From Obrimoposthia wandeli (Eukaryota): DNA of 64,000 nucleotides. Within the stretch, counting starts at the first letter, position 1, and every line of letters starts with the position of its first letter. The position numbers and the translations under genes were made by a program. The stretch is from contig CDROCS010001089.1 in NCBI GenBank assembly GCA_977020255.1, positions 372,001 through 436,000 on the forward strand. The letters run 5' to 3'. Shown here one piece after another: positions 62,936-64,000 of the stretch. A model generated the notes under the pieces. The model searched no databases, was not told the DNA's origin, and worked only from the letters and a program-made list of their open reading frames with translations.

Positions 62936-64000
62936 ATGACCAAATTAGCGACAGACAAGCTTAAATCCCACGCAATAGATGTCCCGCCTTCTATTACTCG
63001 GGTTTTAGCAAACAAAGCCATGGGAGTAGAAGGGTTGATTCCATTATGGTTCGGTGAGCCTAACGAGCCAACTCCTGCATTTATTTGTGACGCAGCTGCG
63101 CAGGCGATGAAAGCGGGCGAAACTTTTTATGCAGAAGGTTTAGGTCGCCCTTTTTTACGTGAAGCATTAGCTAAGTACAGTAGTGACCTCTATAAGATAG
63201 CTATCCCAGCGAGCCGTATTGCCGTGACTGTTTCTGGTGGCAATGCACTTAATATCGCTTTCCAGTGTTTATTACAACCAGGAGATAAAGTTGCCACCAT
63301 TACACCTGCATTTCCAAATTTACTGCGTATACCTCAATTGCAAAGTGCTGAGCTTATTACGCATGCTTTAGATATTATTGATGGTAAATGGTCTCTGGAT
63401 ATTGACGCGTTTATTAATTCTGTAAGTGATGCAAAAGTTGTGCTGATCAATTCTCCATCAAACCCGACTGGTTGGAAGATGAACCATGCTGAGCAACGTA
63501 AAGTATTAGATGAGTTACGCAAACGCGATATTTGGCTGATTGCGGATGAGGTTTACAGCAGGACCACTTTTGATAATTGCGTAGCACCGTCCTTTTTGGA
63601 AGCCGCTGAGCCTGAAGATAAATTAATTGTAGTAAATAGTTTTTCCAAGAGCTGGGCGATGACAGGCTGGCGCTTAGGGTGGCTAACTCTACCGGAAAGC
63701 TTAGTTGCTACTGTTGAAAAAATAATGGAATTCTCTATTGCTTGTGCTCCACCTTTCACGCAGCGTGCTGGGGTAGTAGCTTTAGAACAAGGGGAAGACT
63801 TTGTACGCCAAAGTAGCGAAAACTATCGTTTAGCAAAAGAAAAGGTTGAGCAAAGCTTAGCGGGTTATCCAAAGGTTGAGTGTCCGCAAATAGATGCCAC
63901 TTTTTATGCCTTTTTTAGATTACCTGACGTACAAGATGCCGTGGCTTTTGCGCAATTACTCATAGATGAAGCCAAAGTGGGTTTAGCGCCTGGGGAAGCT
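62936..64000 (+). CDS. Class I/II PLP-dependent aminotransferase, truncated by window end (absent from ORF track)
   Basis: ATG 62936 MTKLATDKL...LWFGEPNEPTP; INSPSNPTGW, ADEVY, VNSFSKSWAMTGWRLGW; frame runs to the window edge. Confidence 0.88.
   Translation, partial: MTKLATDKLKSHAIDVPPSITRVLANKAMGVEGLIPLWFGEPNEPTPAFICDAAAQAMKAGETFYAEGLGRPFLREALAKYSSDLYKIAIPASRIAVTVSGGNALNIAFQCLLQPGDKVATITPAFPNLLRIPQLQSAELITHALDIIDGKWSLDIDAFINSVSDAKVVLINSPSNPTGWKMNHAEQRKVLDELRKRDIWLIADEVYSRTTFDNCVAPSFLEAAEPEDKLIVVNSFSKSWAMTGWRLGWLTLPESLVATVEKIMEFSIACAPPFTQRAGVVALEQGEDFVRQSSENYRLAKEKVEQSLAGYPKVECPQIDATFYAFFRLPDVQDAVAFAQLLIDEAKVGLAPGEA

Overview
A chromosomal segment from an AT-rich gammaproteobacterium, probably marine and Pseudomonadales/Oceanospirillales-like (inferred from protein similarity and gene order). 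It spans the replication origin. Right of ~40.4 kb is core genome: a DnaA-box-rich oriC, mnmG-rsmG-parA-parB, the full atpIBEFHAGDC operon, a UspE-like gene, an MrpA-less mrp Na+/H+ antiporter operon (E-F-G-B-C-D-D-x-D) and a PLP aminotransferase cut by the window edge. Left of oriC are mostly accessory metabolic and regulatory modules: ABM/GFA/WYL, LysR-DMT, ALDH, FkbM methyltransferase, a glucose-type ABC transporter, soxR plus FMN reductase, a class II HMG-CoA reductase, rpoH-DUF423-trmB, a PggH-like DHH phosphodiesterase, a GntR-Usp-TctABC-SauST sulfoacetate cluster, ilvD, a GMC oxidoreductase and an orphan batD. Best candidate for an undescribed system (16.5-20.3 kb): a single-polypeptide PhnZ(HD)-PhnY*(PhyH) oxidative phosphonate-cleavage fusion, divergent from an orphan 680-aa family-5 solute-binding protein. 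Their shared promoter region has one Pho box per direction and a perfect PhnF-like palindrome. Features not in the ORF track that I found by reading the sequence: a decayed ectC, a three-copy GntR operator for the sulfoacetate genes, a Fur-boxed promoter before a tiny hydrophobic ORF, and a probable ATC start for mrpB. No rRNA, tRNA, CRISPR array, IS or prophage was recognised. All family calls are from motif recognition, not database searches.
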